Source: a virus (lineage: Duplodnaviria; Heunggongvirae; Uroviricota; Caudoviricetes). Taken from it: 41,923 nucleotides of DNA. The stretch lies in the IMG/VR virus record IMGVR_UViG_2630968543_000002. The stretch is one strand, 5' to 3'. This document shows, in pieces, positions 1 through 8,382 of this stretch. The translations under genes were made by a program, and so were the position numbers. The notes beneath the pieces are model-generated. The model saw only the letters and a program-made list of their open reading frames with translations. It ran no database searches and was not told the DNA's origin. The first letter of the stretch is position 1, and every line of letters starts with the position of its first letter.

Positions 1-1251
1 GTGCTTACCGATACAAAATTAAAGAACCTCAAGCCACAGGACAAACTGTACAAAGTTTCCGATCGTGACGGGCTGTATGTAGCTGTGCTTACGTCAGGTA
101 CGGTCTCGTTTCGCTATGACTACCGTATCAACGGTCGCCGCGAAACACTGGTAATCGGGCAGTATGGGCGTGACGGTATCAGCCTGGCAGAAGCGCGAGA
201 AGAACTGATTGCTGCAAAGAAGCTGCTTAAAGCAGGCCAGTCGCCGGCTGCGGCTAAACGTGACGGTATCAAAAAGATTCGTGGTGCCGAGACGTTTGCG
301 GTACATACCGACAGTTATATGAAACACGTCATCCTGGCTGACAGTACCCGCGCAATGAAACAGGCGGTGATCGACCGTGACATACTTCCGGTTCTTGGCA
401 ATAAAATGATGGCTGAAATTACCACATCGATGGTTCGTGATTTGTGTGACCGGATTGTCGAACGCGGTGGCCGGGCAACAGCAGTGCAGGCCAGGGAGAT
501 CATCAGTAGCGTATACCGTCACGCCAATGACCGTGGTCATGGTTTGTTTAATCCTGCGGCTGACATTAAACCTTCGTCTATCGCCATATTTAAACCAAGA
601 GAGCGAACACTGACACCAGAAGAAATTGGCCTGTTCTTCCGCACGCTGGATGCCATTGGTGCTATGGGCACTATGAAAATGGCTTTAAAGCTGGTGCTTA
701 TCACTATGGTTCGTAAAGGCGAATTCACCAACGCAACGTGGGATGAAATAGATTTTAAAAAATGGACATGGACCATTCCTTCAGACCGCATGAAGGGAAG
801 CCGGGCGCACGTTATTTACCTGCCTAAACAGGCTCAGGATATATTGGTCGGATTGCAGATGTGCGCTGGTGGAAGTGAATATCTGGTTCCTGGTCGTTAC
901 AATTTCCGGAAGCCATTATCTAATGCCGCGCTGAACTCTCTGATCGACAGAACGGTGAAAATAATAAATGAAGATGGTGAGCATATTCAGGGCTTCACCG
1001 TACACGATATGCGCCGTACAGCCAGTACATTGTTGCATGAGGCTGGTTATCCTTCAGACTGGATTGAAAAGGCTCTGGCACATGAGCAGAAAGGTGTGCG
1101 CGCCGTATATAACAAAGCGGAATACGCCAGACAGCGCGCCTACATGTTGCAGCAGTGGGCCGATATGATTGATTCCTGGATTGACGGGGAGCATACGGAT
1201 CTGATTCCGTTCTCCCCGTCGAAGTTTGAGAAGTGGATGGCGGGGGAATAA
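1..1251 (+). CDS. int: Tyrosine recombinase / phage integrase, P4-like family; begins with GTG at window position 1, so the true N-terminus may lie outside the window
   Basis: 416-aa ORF; N-terminal LTDTKLKNLKP...DGLYV arm-binding-like region and C-terminal HDMRRTASTLLHEAGY...YNKAEY region typical of P4-type integrases (recognised from memory). Confidence 0.9.
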   Translation: MLTDTKLKNLKPQDKLYKVSDRDGLYVAVLTSGTVSFRYDYRINGRRETLVIGQYGRDGISLAEAREELIAAKKLLKAGQSPAAAKRDGIKKIRGAETFAVHTDSYMKHVILADSTRAMKQAVIDRDILPVLGNKMMAEITTSMVRDLCDRIVERGGRATAVQAREIISSVYRHANDRGHGLFNPAADIKPSSIAIFKPRERTLTPEEIGLFFRTLDAIGAMGTMKMALKLVLITMVRKGEFTNATWDEIDFKKWTWTIPSDRMKGSRAHVIYLPKQAQDILVGLQMCAGGSEYLVPGRYNFRKPLSNAALNSLIDRTVKIINEDGEHIQGFTVHDMRRTASTLLHEAGYPSDWIEKALAHEQKGVRAVYNKAEYARQRAYMLQQWADMIDSWIDGEHTDLIPFSPSKFEKWMAGE

Positions 1252-1254
1252 CGT

Positions 1255-1449
1255 TTAATTATTCTGCTGATTTTCTTCCATCTCGGCTTCTGCTGCCAGT
1301 GATTCAATTTTATCTGTGAATATTGCTGACAGTGTTGCAAATTCAGCATCAGTGACAGCGGGAATTGGAACAAACCTGATCCCGCTGTGTGCAAGCATGT
1401 TTGCAGTTTCAAGGCATTTCCTTAAATCTGCTGGTGATGCCCTGTTCAT
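1255..1449 (-). CDS. Hypothetical small protein (64 aa), translationally coupled to the upstream methyltransferase
   Basis: Internal ATG at 1449 of ORF 1255..1569 forms an ATGA overlap with the methyltransferase stop (1446-1448); acidic C-terminus; convergent with int. Confidence 0.45.
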   Translation of the reverse strand: MNRASPADLRKCLETANMLAHSGIRFVPIPAVTDAEFATLSAIFTDKIESLAAEAEMEENQQNN

Positions 1450-2096
1450 GCTGCACGCTCCCGCCCCTGGTTGTCTGTTGGTGACAGCGGAGCATTGCTG
1501 AATGCATTTGTTAATCCGGCAATATACAACGCGTATCCAGGGTGTAGTTGCACTGCTGGGTCTTCGCACTGATTACCCCAAACATCGAAGCCATGAGACG
1601 TCTGGCGGGCGAACAGTTCAATGCGAGAAACATCGCCTAACAATTGCACAAGTTTTTCACGAACGACATCTGGTTTTCTTGAATGCTCAAGCCGCGGTGC
1701 GGTAAATGACTGAACGATCCCTGCATTAATGCGCGGAGGTAGTTTTCCCTTAACTGCAAACAGGCAATCTTCACTATTGGCGCGAGTCATGTGTCCCATA
1801 CCCATAACCAGTTTATCTGGTTGTCGACTACCACATTTTATCCACGTGAAGCCCTTCATGGTCATCAGACGGAACCCCCAGGCTTCAACAACTTTTAGTG
1901 CTTCGAGTGGTTGTGTTGGCACCCACCACATGGCCAACAGACAGTTTTCATCGGCCAAATCCCACACAGGAAGGCGGCAGATATCCATCACACTCATAAC
2001 CGGATATTTAAAACCGGCACCGCGATTACCATCTGCGGCTTTGTCCCGGTATACCCAGGGTGGATCTGCATAGATTAGTGTGTATTTCTTAGTCAT
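1446..2096 (-). CDS. MT-A70 family N6-adenine DNA methyltransferase (orphan, no restriction partner seen)
   Basis: 216-aa ORF with N-terminal DPPW catalytic motif (YADPPWVY) and overall MT-A70-like layout. Confidence 0.85.
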   Translation of the reverse strand: MTKKYTLIYADPPWVYRDKAADGNRGAGFKYPVMSVMDICRLPVWDLADENCLLAMWWVPTQPLEALKVVEAWGFRLMTMKGFTWIKCGSRQPDKLVMGMGHMTRANSEDCLFAVKGKLPPRINAGIVQSFTAPRLEHSRKPDVVREKLVQLLGDVSRIELFARQTSHGFDVWGNQCEDPAVQLHPGYALYIAGLTNAFSNAPLSPTDNQGRERAA

Positions 2097-2355
2097 AAAC
2101 CACCCCGCAACATCCTATACCGCTATAGTCTCCACGGCGAAGGCCGTTACCTTTTGTGATACATTGGTCCCTGCGAACCGCGATCCTTGCACGCTCAACA
2201 TCACCAGAAGCAACATCCATACACTGAAGCCAAAGGTGAGCGGCAATGCGGAACTGCCCTTTTTTCTCTCTTTCAATCGCGCGTTTTTCGATCTCTATCG
2301 CCGCAGGAGTAACGGCGACAATCTTTGACGGACTGCGCATTGAAACCTTGTTCAT
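2089..2355 (-). CDS. Hypothetical protein (88 aa) upstream of the methyltransferase; start uncertain (2355 or 2340)
   Basis: ORF 2089..2388; its stop overlaps the methyltransferase start by 8 nt (ATGACTAA), suggesting co-translation. Confidence 0.4.
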   Translation of the reverse strand: MNKVSMRSPSKIVAVTPAAIEIEKRAIEREKKGQFRIAAHLWLQCMDVASGDVERARIAVRRDQCITKGNGLRRGDYSGIGCCGVVYD

Positions 2356-2497
2356 GTGATATTTTTCAAGTCGGCTTAACTTTCTCACTTAATCCAACCC
2401 TCTCTGAAAATTAATGCCAGCAGATAAAGCCATGCTGAAACAGAGGCCAGGAATAAGTACCATCCTGACCATTTGCTCCAGTGCCTTAGCAGCACAC

Positions 2498-2746
2498 TCA
2501 TGCCGCGTTGCTCACAGGACGATATACACGTTGCTGAACAGGAGGTTTTTTACCCTGGAACTCTGCCGGGCTTGCTGCCTGACGTTCATCAAGCCAACGC
2601 TCAACTTCGTCACGGTTCCATGCGCAGCGTTTGTCAGTGATATACCAGCGTTTAGGAAATTCACCTGCGCGCTCCATACGGTCGATAGTGCTCCATGACA
2701 GTGGCACCACCGCCAGGAGTTCCTTCTTACCTAATGCACCTTTCAT
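2498..2746 (-). CDS. AlpA-family DNA-binding protein / putative excisionase
   Basis: 82-aa ORF with winged-HTH signature (LSWSTIDRMERAGEFPKRWYI...WNRDEVERWL); GAGG Shine-Dalgarno 6 nt upstream of ATG. Confidence 0.8.
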   Translation of the reverse strand: MKGALGKKELLAVVPLSWSTIDRMERAGEFPKRWYITDKRCAWNRDEVERWLDERQAASPAEFQGKKPPVQQRVYRPVSNAA

Positions 2747-2795
2747 AAATACCTCTCTTGGTTGCAGTGCGGCGCGCGTGGCGCCGCGGTGGTGG

Positions 2796-3818
2796 TTACT
2801 CGAATTCTGTACGCATATCGTTAAGCGTCATCATGAATTTTTGGTGATATTCATCACCGAGCTTTTCAGCCATGGTGTTAATTTCATTTTCAGCGCGCTT
2901 GAACATCGTTTTTGCATCTTCAGCAGATGGATCCAGGCTATTAAGTATCGCGATGATATATTCTCGAGCTTCTTCTCGTTCTGAATCTGAAATTGGCGAT
3001 AGGTGTTGACGCTCATCGTCAACTACGGAATATTCACCAGTGATAACAGCTGCGTTATCTTGGCTAAGTCCAGCTTCAGCGCGCTCATCCATAACAACAG
3101 CCTTCTGCATCTCAATAGAAACAGGAAGATATTTGAACAGTCGGCGAATTACTGTTTTTTTAGCCATCTCATCGAAGTGATCAACCCATGGGCCACTGCT
3201 ACCGGCTTTGCTCAGTGCACGAACTTTCTCAACGTCTGCCCGGCTCATAACTTCAAATTGGACTCCACCATCTTTCAGTCGTGCAACGGCGTAAACGTGC
3301 GTTAATTCTCCGCGGTCACCTGTTTCGCAAGGTAAATGCTCGAGCGTTTCTTCCAGGCCGTATGAGTAGCTGAATTTGTCGTTTGTATGTACGGTACGAG
3401 CCGAGATACTCAGGATCTGCCCAGAGCGGCGGGCAAGGTCAATCATTCCGCGATAGCCGATAATCAGCTGTGCTTCTGTAGATACGGTTTCCCATCTTCC
3501 ATTTACTTTCTGGCGTTTGTCGAACGGTATCAGGTAAGCGTGTCCAAGAGCTCCACCTGGTTCAAGACCCAATTGGGCACATTGCATAATTGCCCCCAGG
3601 AAGCTGGCTTGGTCGCATGATGCAAGTTTTGGAACCTTTCGGATCTCTGTGGTTGCTATGCGCGCCAGACGGTCTGCTGTCATGTGCTTTGGAAGTGCCA
3701 AAGCCATCTGGGCTTTTATTTTTGGGTCTGCCAGAAGTCCGGCCAGAGTTGTTGGTTTCTCATTATGATGTGCAACTTGGTTACCGGTAGCCGCTGCCTT
3801 AAGTGCATTGATAGACAT
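2796..3818 (-). CDS. recT: RecT-family single-strand annealing recombinase
   Basis: 340-aa ORF with strong RecT signature (RIATTEIRKVP...LGLEPG...GHAYLIPF...QLIIGYRGMIDLARRSGQI...THVYAVARLKDGG...FEVM...GPW...EMAKKT.IRRLFKYLPVSIE). Confidence 0.9.
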   Translation of the reverse strand: MSINALKAAATGNQVAHHNEKPTTLAGLLADPKIKAQMALALPKHMTADRLARIATTEIRKVPKLASCDQASFLGAIMQCAQLGLEPGGALGHAYLIPFDKRQKVNGRWETVSTEAQLIIGYRGMIDLARRSGQILSISARTVHTNDKFSYSYGLEETLEHLPCETGDRGELTHVYAVARLKDGGVQFEVMSRADVEKVRALSKAGSSGPWVDHFDEMAKKTVIRRLFKYLPVSIEMQKAVVMDERAEAGLSQDNAAVITGEYSVVDDERQHLSPISDSEREEAREYIIAILNSLDPSAEDAKTMFKRAENEINTMAEKLGDEYHQKFMMTLNDMRTEFE

Positions 3819-3827
3819 TTTTTCTCC

Positions 3828-4727
3828 TTACTTCATTCTGAAGACGCGTTGTGTCGTTGTTGTTTTGAATTTTTCGAATAACTCAGGGTGTACTGACTGG
3901 AATAGCTTCTGGTCGAATCTGTTGCTGATCTGAGATTTCCATGTGCAGAGCGGCTTTCCGTCCAGGGTCAGGACTGAGTGCTCTTGCATGTACATCTTCA
4001 GCTTCTCTTCTGATATAGCTATTTCTTCTTCCAGTGATTTTCTGCGTGACTTCATGTCTCGTAGATCGTTGAATAGTGCGAGTGCCTTTCCGTCAGCCTC
4101 GATACTTGTCCCGGCATCTTTCTCAAACATCAGCGATACATCGCTTACGCTGGTAGCTTCCGGCGGGTTAAGATTTTTCACTCGGTCCCAGAAAGCGATT
4201 TCTTTTTCTAAGATCGCCTGGATAGTTTCTTCATCACGCTCAACCCGATAGATTCGGAAGTCGTCGCCACCGATAAGCACACCGAAAACGCATACCTGTT
4301 TGTTTGTAACCATCAACCCGTGCATGGCCTGGGCCGTGTAATGCACAGGAATTGCATCTGTCTGGATTTCTCCCCATTCTTTGGCTTTGAACGGACTAAC
4401 TGTTTTGATCTCAATGTTCTCGCCTGACGCTGCTTCTGCATCGATCTCAGCTGCAATAAAATCGTAATCACGGTGGATATAGCGGTTTCCGCGATGAACG
4501 ATTTCCATCCCTGTTTCCTCAGAAAGCAGGTCTATTACGTATGGCTCCATACGCTGGCCACGCGTGAAAACTTTCTGCTTGCTTGGGTCTACTGGTTTGA
4601 CACGTGGCTGGACTTTATCCAGATAAACCTCAAGCGGGGTGCGCCATGGGCTAATTCCAAGAATCCCTGCAACATCGCTTCCTCCGATGTATTTTGTTCT
4701 ATCCATGATTCCAGCGTTCCGCATCAT
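3828..4727 (-). CDS. YqaJ-like phage exonuclease (lambda Exo-type PD-(D/E)XK), partner of RecT
   Basis: 299-aa ORF directly upstream of recT; N-terminal GGSDVAGILG motif typical of YqaJ recombination exonucleases; ATGA overlap with the preceding gene. Confidence 0.8.
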   Translation of the reverse strand: MMRNAGIMDRTKYIGGSDVAGILGISPWRTPLEVYLDKVQPRVKPVDPSKQKVFTRGQRMEPYVIDLLSEETGMEIVHRGNRYIHRDYDFIAAEIDAEAASGENIEIKTVSPFKAKEWGEIQTDAIPVHYTAQAMHGLMVTNKQVCVFGVLIGGDDFRIYRVERDEETIQAILEKEIAFWDRVKNLNPPEATSVSDVSLMFEKDAGTSIEADGKALALFNDLRDMKSRRKSLEEEIAISEEKLKMYMQEHSVLTLDGKPLCTWKSQISNRFDQKLFQSVHPELFEKFKTTTTQRVFRMK

Positions 4728-5023
4728 GCCGCGTCCCTCTGCCCATCAAGCTGATCCGCCAGATCCCAGCGGGCGATAATTGCCATTGCATCTCGCCGGT
4801 AGGCATCCATCAGTTCTTCGAACTCAGGGCTGTCTTTAGCAGCCTCCAGTACTTCCTGACGAACGCCTTTGCCTGTTACAACGTCGAAAGTTGAGGACAG
4901 TTGATGAAGTCGGACGCTCTCAATCAGTTCAACTTGTCGGTCATATAGCTGTTCTGACAGGCGGTAGTCCTTGTCGAATGCCAGCATGATTTTTTGAAGA
5001 TTTTTCTGCTGATTAACGTTCAT
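4724..5023 (-). CDS. Hypothetical early protein (99 aa); sits where lambda carries gam (possible anti-RecBCD, positional inference only)
   Basis: ATG at 5023 preceded by GGAGGG Shine-Dalgarno; stop overlaps the exonuclease start. Confidence 0.55.
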   Translation of the reverse strand: MNVNQQKNLQKIMLAFDKDYRLSEQLYDRQVELIESVRLHQLSSTFDVVTGKGVRQEVLEAAKDSPEFEELMDAYRRDAMAIIARWDLADQLDGQRDAA

Positions 5024-5025
5024 TA

Positions 5026-5178
5026 TCAGCCCTCCCATATCTCGTTATCGTTGGCTACATCGCGAGCTTCTTTGCTGACGAAAGCCCACTTGATGCCTTC
5101 CTGTAAGGTGCGGAACTTCCAGCTCATGAATCCGCATGCAGTAACGCAGTACCAACCGTTGATGATTTTCCACTGCAT
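5026..5178 (-). CDS. Small Cys/Trp-rich ORF (50 aa), first gene of the leftward early operon; not in the ORF track (under 60 aa)
   Basis: Hand translation MQWKIINGWYCVTACGFMSWKFRTLQEGIKWAFVSKEARDVANDNEIWEG; GAGG about 9 nt upstream; lies just downstream of the OL operators. Confidence 0.3.
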   Translation of the reverse strand: MQWKIINGWYCVTACGFMSWKFRTLQEGIKWAFVSKEARDVANDNEIWEG

Positions 5179-5184
5179 AACTTG

Positions 5185-5274
5185 TTACCTCGGCTTGTTA
5201 CCGTTGAGGTAATGGTTATGCGTATTTGGTTTGATGTCAATAGATATGAGTTAAAAAAATTACCCATAAGGTAA
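5185..5274. promoter_or_regulatory. Left operator/promoter region (OL-like): two perfect TTACC-N5-GGTAA palindromes (5198..5212, 5260..5274) plus a TTACC half-site at 5185..5189
   Basis: Direct reading; a minus-strand TTGACA -35 hexamer lies between the two sites (plus 5235..5240, as tgtcaa). Confidence 0.65.
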
Positions 5275-5287
5275 TCTTGATGGCAAT

Positions 5288-5309
5288 AAAAAAGCCGCCA
5301 TGAGGCGGC
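5288..5309 (-). terminator. Rho-independent terminator downstream of the repressor gene
   Basis: GCCGCC-ATGA-GGCGGC hairpin (5294..5309) followed on the minus strand by a 6-U tract (plus A-run 5288..5293). Confidence 0.6.
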
Positions 5310-5331
5310 TTACTTGCTGAAAACTATAGTT

Positions 5332-5916
5332 TTATTGTTTATTTTTTTCGTTCTGGTTGATGACAAATTCAATGTAACTTTCGATCTTTGCTTTCTCGGT
5401 TTCGGGTAACAATGCGTAGCGCGAGCGGTCATAGTTGATGGTCGCAGGGTCGTGCGGGTGAATCAGTAATTCATAGCCGTGACGCCCGAATGCGGATGCA
5501 ACATTCTCCAGGGTGGAAATGGAAACGCTGACCTCATTGTTTAACAGGCGGCTGATTGTTACCTGGGCGACGCCGGATGCGCGGTGAAGTTTTCCCTGTG
5601 TTGAAAGGTCGCGGCTTTCGCTCATCCAGCGTTCCAGGTTGTGAGCCGCCAGCTGACCAATGTCGCTTGGGCCGACAGGCTGAAAACCTTCCTGAGAAAG
5701 CGAGCGATCGATATCAAGCCAGTTACGGGGTTTATTGGCGGCAGCTTCAATTTTTCGCGCAACCTGGTCGCCGATAACCTTCTTGCCAAGAGCCCAGCGG
5801 TTTACCAGATTTGCCTGAGTTCCAAGTTTTTCTGCCATCCGCGTCTGAACACCATTGAATTCACGGTCGATCAAGTCGTTGAGATTTTGCCTGCGGACGT
5901 CCTGGATACTTTTCAT
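5332..5916 (-). CDS. Prophage repressor with two tandem HTH domains (CI analogue); no S24 peptidase domain evident
   Basis: 194-aa ORF with two HTH-like segments (QTRMAEKLGTQANLVNRWALGKK and GVAQVTISRLLNNEVSVSISTLENVA); divergent from the Cro-like gene across an operator-rich spacer. Confidence 0.75.
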   Translation of the reverse strand: MKSIQDVRRQNLNDLIDREFNGVQTRMAEKLGTQANLVNRWALGKKVIGDQVARKIEAAANKPRNWLDIDRSLSQEGFQPVGPSDIGQLAAHNLERWMSESRDLSTQGKLHRASGVAQVTISRLLNNEVSVSISTLENVASAFGRHGYELLIHPHDPATINYDRSRYALLPETEKAKIESYIEFVINQNEKNKQ

Positions 5917-5971
5917 TTTCTGGAAAATCGCCTCATATATGAATCAGTAGATGATTCAATTTAAAGCAATA

Positions 5972-6034
5972 TTACCCAACAGGTAAATGCACCTCATAGG
6001 TAACTATCCTTGATTTTTGTTACCTTATGGGTGA
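5972..6034. promoter_or_regulatory. Right operator region (OR-like) between repressor and cro: one perfect site (5972..5986) and two degenerate sites (5989..6003 GCACC-N5-GGTAA; 6020..6034 TTACC-N5-GGTGA)
   Basis: Direct reading; the third site lies between a TTGATT -35 (6011..6016) and a GAATAT -10 (6034..6039) of the putative rightward promoter. Confidence 0.65.
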
Positions 6035-6070
6035 ATATTTATTATCTGAAATAAATATCAGGCAATAGCT

Positions 6071-6301
6071 ATGAGCGATAACGGACATTTCGATTTCAAA
6101 AAGCACTGGCTTGCACTTACTCCGGATGAGCGTGAAGCCTTCGCACAGGAAGCCGGAACGACGAGTCACTATATCCAGACTCACTTAACAGGTAAGCGCA
6201 AAATGCCAGGTAAGGTATTGATGAATGGGCTTTTTAAAGCCTGTAAAACAAGACAATGGCTGCGCTCAAAAGCAGAACTGGCATACTTCTTCTACTCATG
6301 A
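6071..6301 (+). CDS. Cro-like small DNA-binding protein
   Basis: 76-aa ORF divergent from the repressor, followed by a terminator; putative HTH segment EAFAQEAGTTSHYIQTHLTGKRKMP. Confidence 0.65.
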   Translation: MSDNGHFDFKKHWLALTPDEREAFAQEAGTTSHYIQTHLTGKRKMPGKVLMNGLFKACKTRQWLRSKAELAYFFYS

Positions 6302-6323
6302 TATCCATCCACAACCCTCTGTA

Positions 6324-6348
6324 GACCGCCATCCGGCGGTCTTTTCAT
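6324..6348 (+). terminator. Rho-independent terminator after cro (tR1-like)
   Basis: GACCGCC-ATCC-GGCGGTC hairpin followed by TTTTCAT. Confidence 0.6.
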
Positions 6349-6356
6349 ATCTATTC

Positions 6357-6371
6357 GTACCTCAAAGGTAA
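6357..6371. promoter_or_regulatory. Operator-like site GTACC-TCAAA-GGTAA (one mismatch) just downstream of the cro terminator
   Basis: Direct reading. Confidence 0.4.
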
Positions 6372-6451
6372 TAAAAAACCAAATCTGGTTGATCTTTTTT
6401 TTGTGTCAGCACAAAATGACCGTAATCCCAATACTAATAACAGGGCTTACC

Positions 6452-6652
6452 ATGGAAATCATTACACGTATTGATGCCGCAAAGCGCGGACTTAAACGCT
6501 ACTACACCGGAAAACCATGTAAGCACGGACATGACAGTGAACGCTGGGTTTACAACGGACACTGTGTTGAGTGCACTATGGAATCAAACCGTCGCATCAG
6601 GGCAGAGATTAAGCAGATCATGATTAATTCCTCCCCACAACATTCAAGCTGA
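6452..6652 (+). CDS. Hypothetical Cys/His-rich protein (CKHGHD...GHCVEC, possible zinc ribbon); sits where lambda carries cII; start uncertain (ORF opens at 6389)
   Basis: ORF 6389..6652; internal ATG at 6452 gives a 66-aa product. Confidence 0.45.
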   Translation: MEIITRIDAAKRGLKRYYTGKPCKHGHDSERWVYNGHCVECTMESNRRIRAEIKQIMINSSPQHSS

Positions 6653-6667
6653 TAGCGGAGATTAATC

Positions 6668-7483
6668 ATGAGCAGACATGCAACAGATTGGGCCTGGGAG
6701 ACAGATCCAGGTAGCTCGTCATTAAAGCTCATACTGCTCTCGATGGCTGACAGAGCCGATGAATATAACCTCTGCTACCCCAGCATAGAACGCCTCGTTA
6801 AAGACACTTGCCTGAATAAAAAAACCGTGCAGGCCGGGCTTATATCGCTCATGAAGATGGGGCTTATTTCAGATACCGGAGAGAGAAAGGGTGCGACGAA
6901 AAGAGTGCGGGTTTTCTCTCTTAATATAACCAAAAACGGGAACATTAAAGGCAACCGGGAAGGGGGTAATGAACCCGAAAACGGTAATGTTACCGAAAAC
7001 GGGAATATACCCAAAAACGGGATGTTGAATGATCCCAAAAACGGGATGTTGAATGATCCCAAAAACGGGATCCAGAACCAGTCATATAACCAGTCATTTA
7101 ACCAAGAGAGGGAGAGCAGGACAAAAAGCGGGGATTCTGTGCCTCATGACCCCGGCGCAAACAACGCCGTGATGAATAACTTTGTTCCTCCTGGTGGGCC
7201 AGGGCAATTAGGCAAATTTGTCATGCATGAACAATGGCAGCCATCAGATGACTTTCTTCGGAAAAGCTCATTGCAGGGGATCTACCTGGACAGCCTGCCA
7301 ACGGCACAGGAGCTTGCAGAGTTCAGAATTTACTGGATGGCTGAGGGTAAGGCATACCATCAGGCACAGTGGGAGCAGAAGCTGGCAAGGCGGCTGCAGA
7401 TTAGCAGACAGAAGCAATCAACATTACCTGATAACAACGTTCCGCACTGGAACAGCCCTGAAGCGTGGGAGGATTTCTTGTGA
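6668..7483 (+). CDS. Replication initiator (lambda O analogue) with DnaT-like C-terminal domain; the gene contains the putative origin iterons
   Basis: 271-aa ORF; N-terminal winged-helix-like region (LKLILLSMADRADEYNLCYPSIERLVKDT), central NG-rich repeats encoded by the iterons, C-terminal FRIYWMAEGKAYHQAQWEQKLARRLQ; GGAG Shine-Dalgarno. Confidence 0.75.
   Translation: MSRHATDWAWETDPGSSSLKLILLSMADRADEYNLCYPSIERLVKDTCLNKKTVQAGLISLMKMGLISDTGERKGATKRVRVFSLNITKNGNIKGNREGGNEPENGNVTENGNIPKNGMLNDPKNGMLNDPKNGIQNQSYNQSFNQERESRTKSGDSVPHDPGANNAVMNNFVPPGGPGQLGKFVMHEQWQPSDDFLRKSSLQGIYLDSLPTAQELAEFRIYWMAEGKAYHQAQWEQKLARRLQISRQKQSTLPDNNVPHWNSPEAWEDFL
6929..7072. repeat. Origin-like iteron array: six copies of CC(A/G)AAAACGG(G/T)A, the last three as 24-bp tandem repeats, followed by AACCAGTCAT direct repeats
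   Basis: Direct reading (copies at about 6930, 6975, 6993, 7011, 7035, 7059). Confidence 0.7.
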
Positions 7484-8265
7484 ACAACGTTTTTACCGCG
7501 ATACAAAACCGTGACGGAGAAGCCCTTTCTCGCATGTCAGGTTATGAGCATCAGTACGTCAACAATGACAATGTGGTGAACATGTCAGCAGAGAGGCTTG
7601 TTGATGCCCTTTTCAAACAGCTGAAACAACTGTTTCCGGCGGCAGTAGTAACCAACCTGAAGACGCCAGAGCAGGAAGTTGCTGCAAAACAGCAGTGGAT
7701 TGCTGCGTTTGCCGAAGGGGGGATCCGAACCCGTGAACAGGTTTCTGCTGGTATGCGCCACGCCCGCGCCAGTGAATCTCCGTTCTGGCCGTCGCCAGGG
7801 CAATTCATCAAGTGGTGTAAAGACAGCAAGATGGTTCTTGGCGTCACCATTGACGATGTGATGGCGGAGTTTCACCGGTACAGCAAGGAAAAAAGTTTAT
7901 ATCCTGGTGGTCCCGAAAGATTCCCGTGGCGACATCCGGTTATGTACTGGGTCGTATGTGATACCCGCCGTGCAATGTATCAGCGCCAGCTTAGCGAGAT
8001 TGAGGTTGAGAAACACGCGCGCAGGCTGCTCGATGATTGGGCGAAAAAGGTAGCTTCCGGACAGCAGATACCCGATCCGGTGATCAGCATACAGGCAAAG
8101 CCAGAACCCATGAGTACGCCTCCGGACACAGGGAGAGACGTTTACCATCCACCAGGGCGAAGTTTCGGGTGCATGCCTAACGCCGCCACCCTTGGGGGAA
8201 TAACACCGGCGCAGTGGCTGATGGAGGAATACAGGCGGGGAAAGGCGGCAGGATTTATCAAGTAA
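7480..8265 (+). CDS. Lambda P-like replication protein (helicase loader)
   Basis: Matches lambda P as recalled (REQVSAGMRHARASESPFWPSPGQFIKWC versus lambda MEQVNAGMRVARRQNRPFLPSPGQFVAWC); GTG start at 7480 with GGGAGG 7 nt upstream, GTGA overlap with the O-like stop. Confidence 0.85.
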   Translation: MNNVFTAIQNRDGEALSRMSGYEHQYVNNDNVVNMSAERLVDALFKQLKQLFPAAVVTNLKTPEQEVAAKQQWIAAFAEGGIRTREQVSAGMRHARASESPFWPSPGQFIKWCKDSKMVLGVTIDDVMAEFHRYSKEKSLYPGGPERFPWRHPVMYWVVCDTRRAMYQRQLSEIEVEKHARRLLDDWAKKVASGQQIPDPVISIQAKPEPMSTPPDTGRDVYHPPGRSFGCMPNAATLGGITPAQWLMEEYRRGKAAGFIK

Positions 8266-8270
8266 TACCA

Positions 8271-8290
8271 GCGCGATAGCGCATTTTTTT
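8271..8290 (+). terminator. Weak terminator-like element after the P-like gene
   Basis: 4-bp GC stem (GCGC-GATA-GCGC) followed by seven T. Confidence 0.3.
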
Positions 8291-8302
8291 ACGTCTCGAT
8301 AA

Positions 8303-8317
8303 TTACCTGTGAGGTAA
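8303..8317. promoter_or_regulatory. Perfect operator palindrome TTACC-TGTGA-GGTAA, immediately preceded by GATAAT (-10-like)
   Basis: Direct reading. Confidence 0.55.
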
Positions 8318-8364
8318 TAAAATATTCTAAACTCTATTGATTTCGTGTCTTATGTGGTTTTTAA

Positions 8365-8379
8365 TTACCTCAGGGGTAA
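8365..8379. promoter_or_regulatory. Perfect operator palindrome TTACC-TCAGG-GGTAA, 4 nt upstream of the 8383 start codon; TATGTGGTT motif 5 bp upstream (8351..8359)
   Basis: Direct reading. Confidence 0.55.
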
Positions 8380-8382
8380 ATT

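Noticed and set aside
94-791. Minus-strand ORFs 94..540, 315..503 and 537..791 inside the integrase gene
   Set aside because: Fully embedded antisense to a high-confidence integrase; no Shine-Dalgarno; typical antisense open frames.
6929-7072. Possibility that the tandem repeats form a CRISPR array
   Set aside because: Repeats are about 12-24 bp, imperfect, without unique spacers of regular length, and lie inside a coding gene; consistent with origin iterons.
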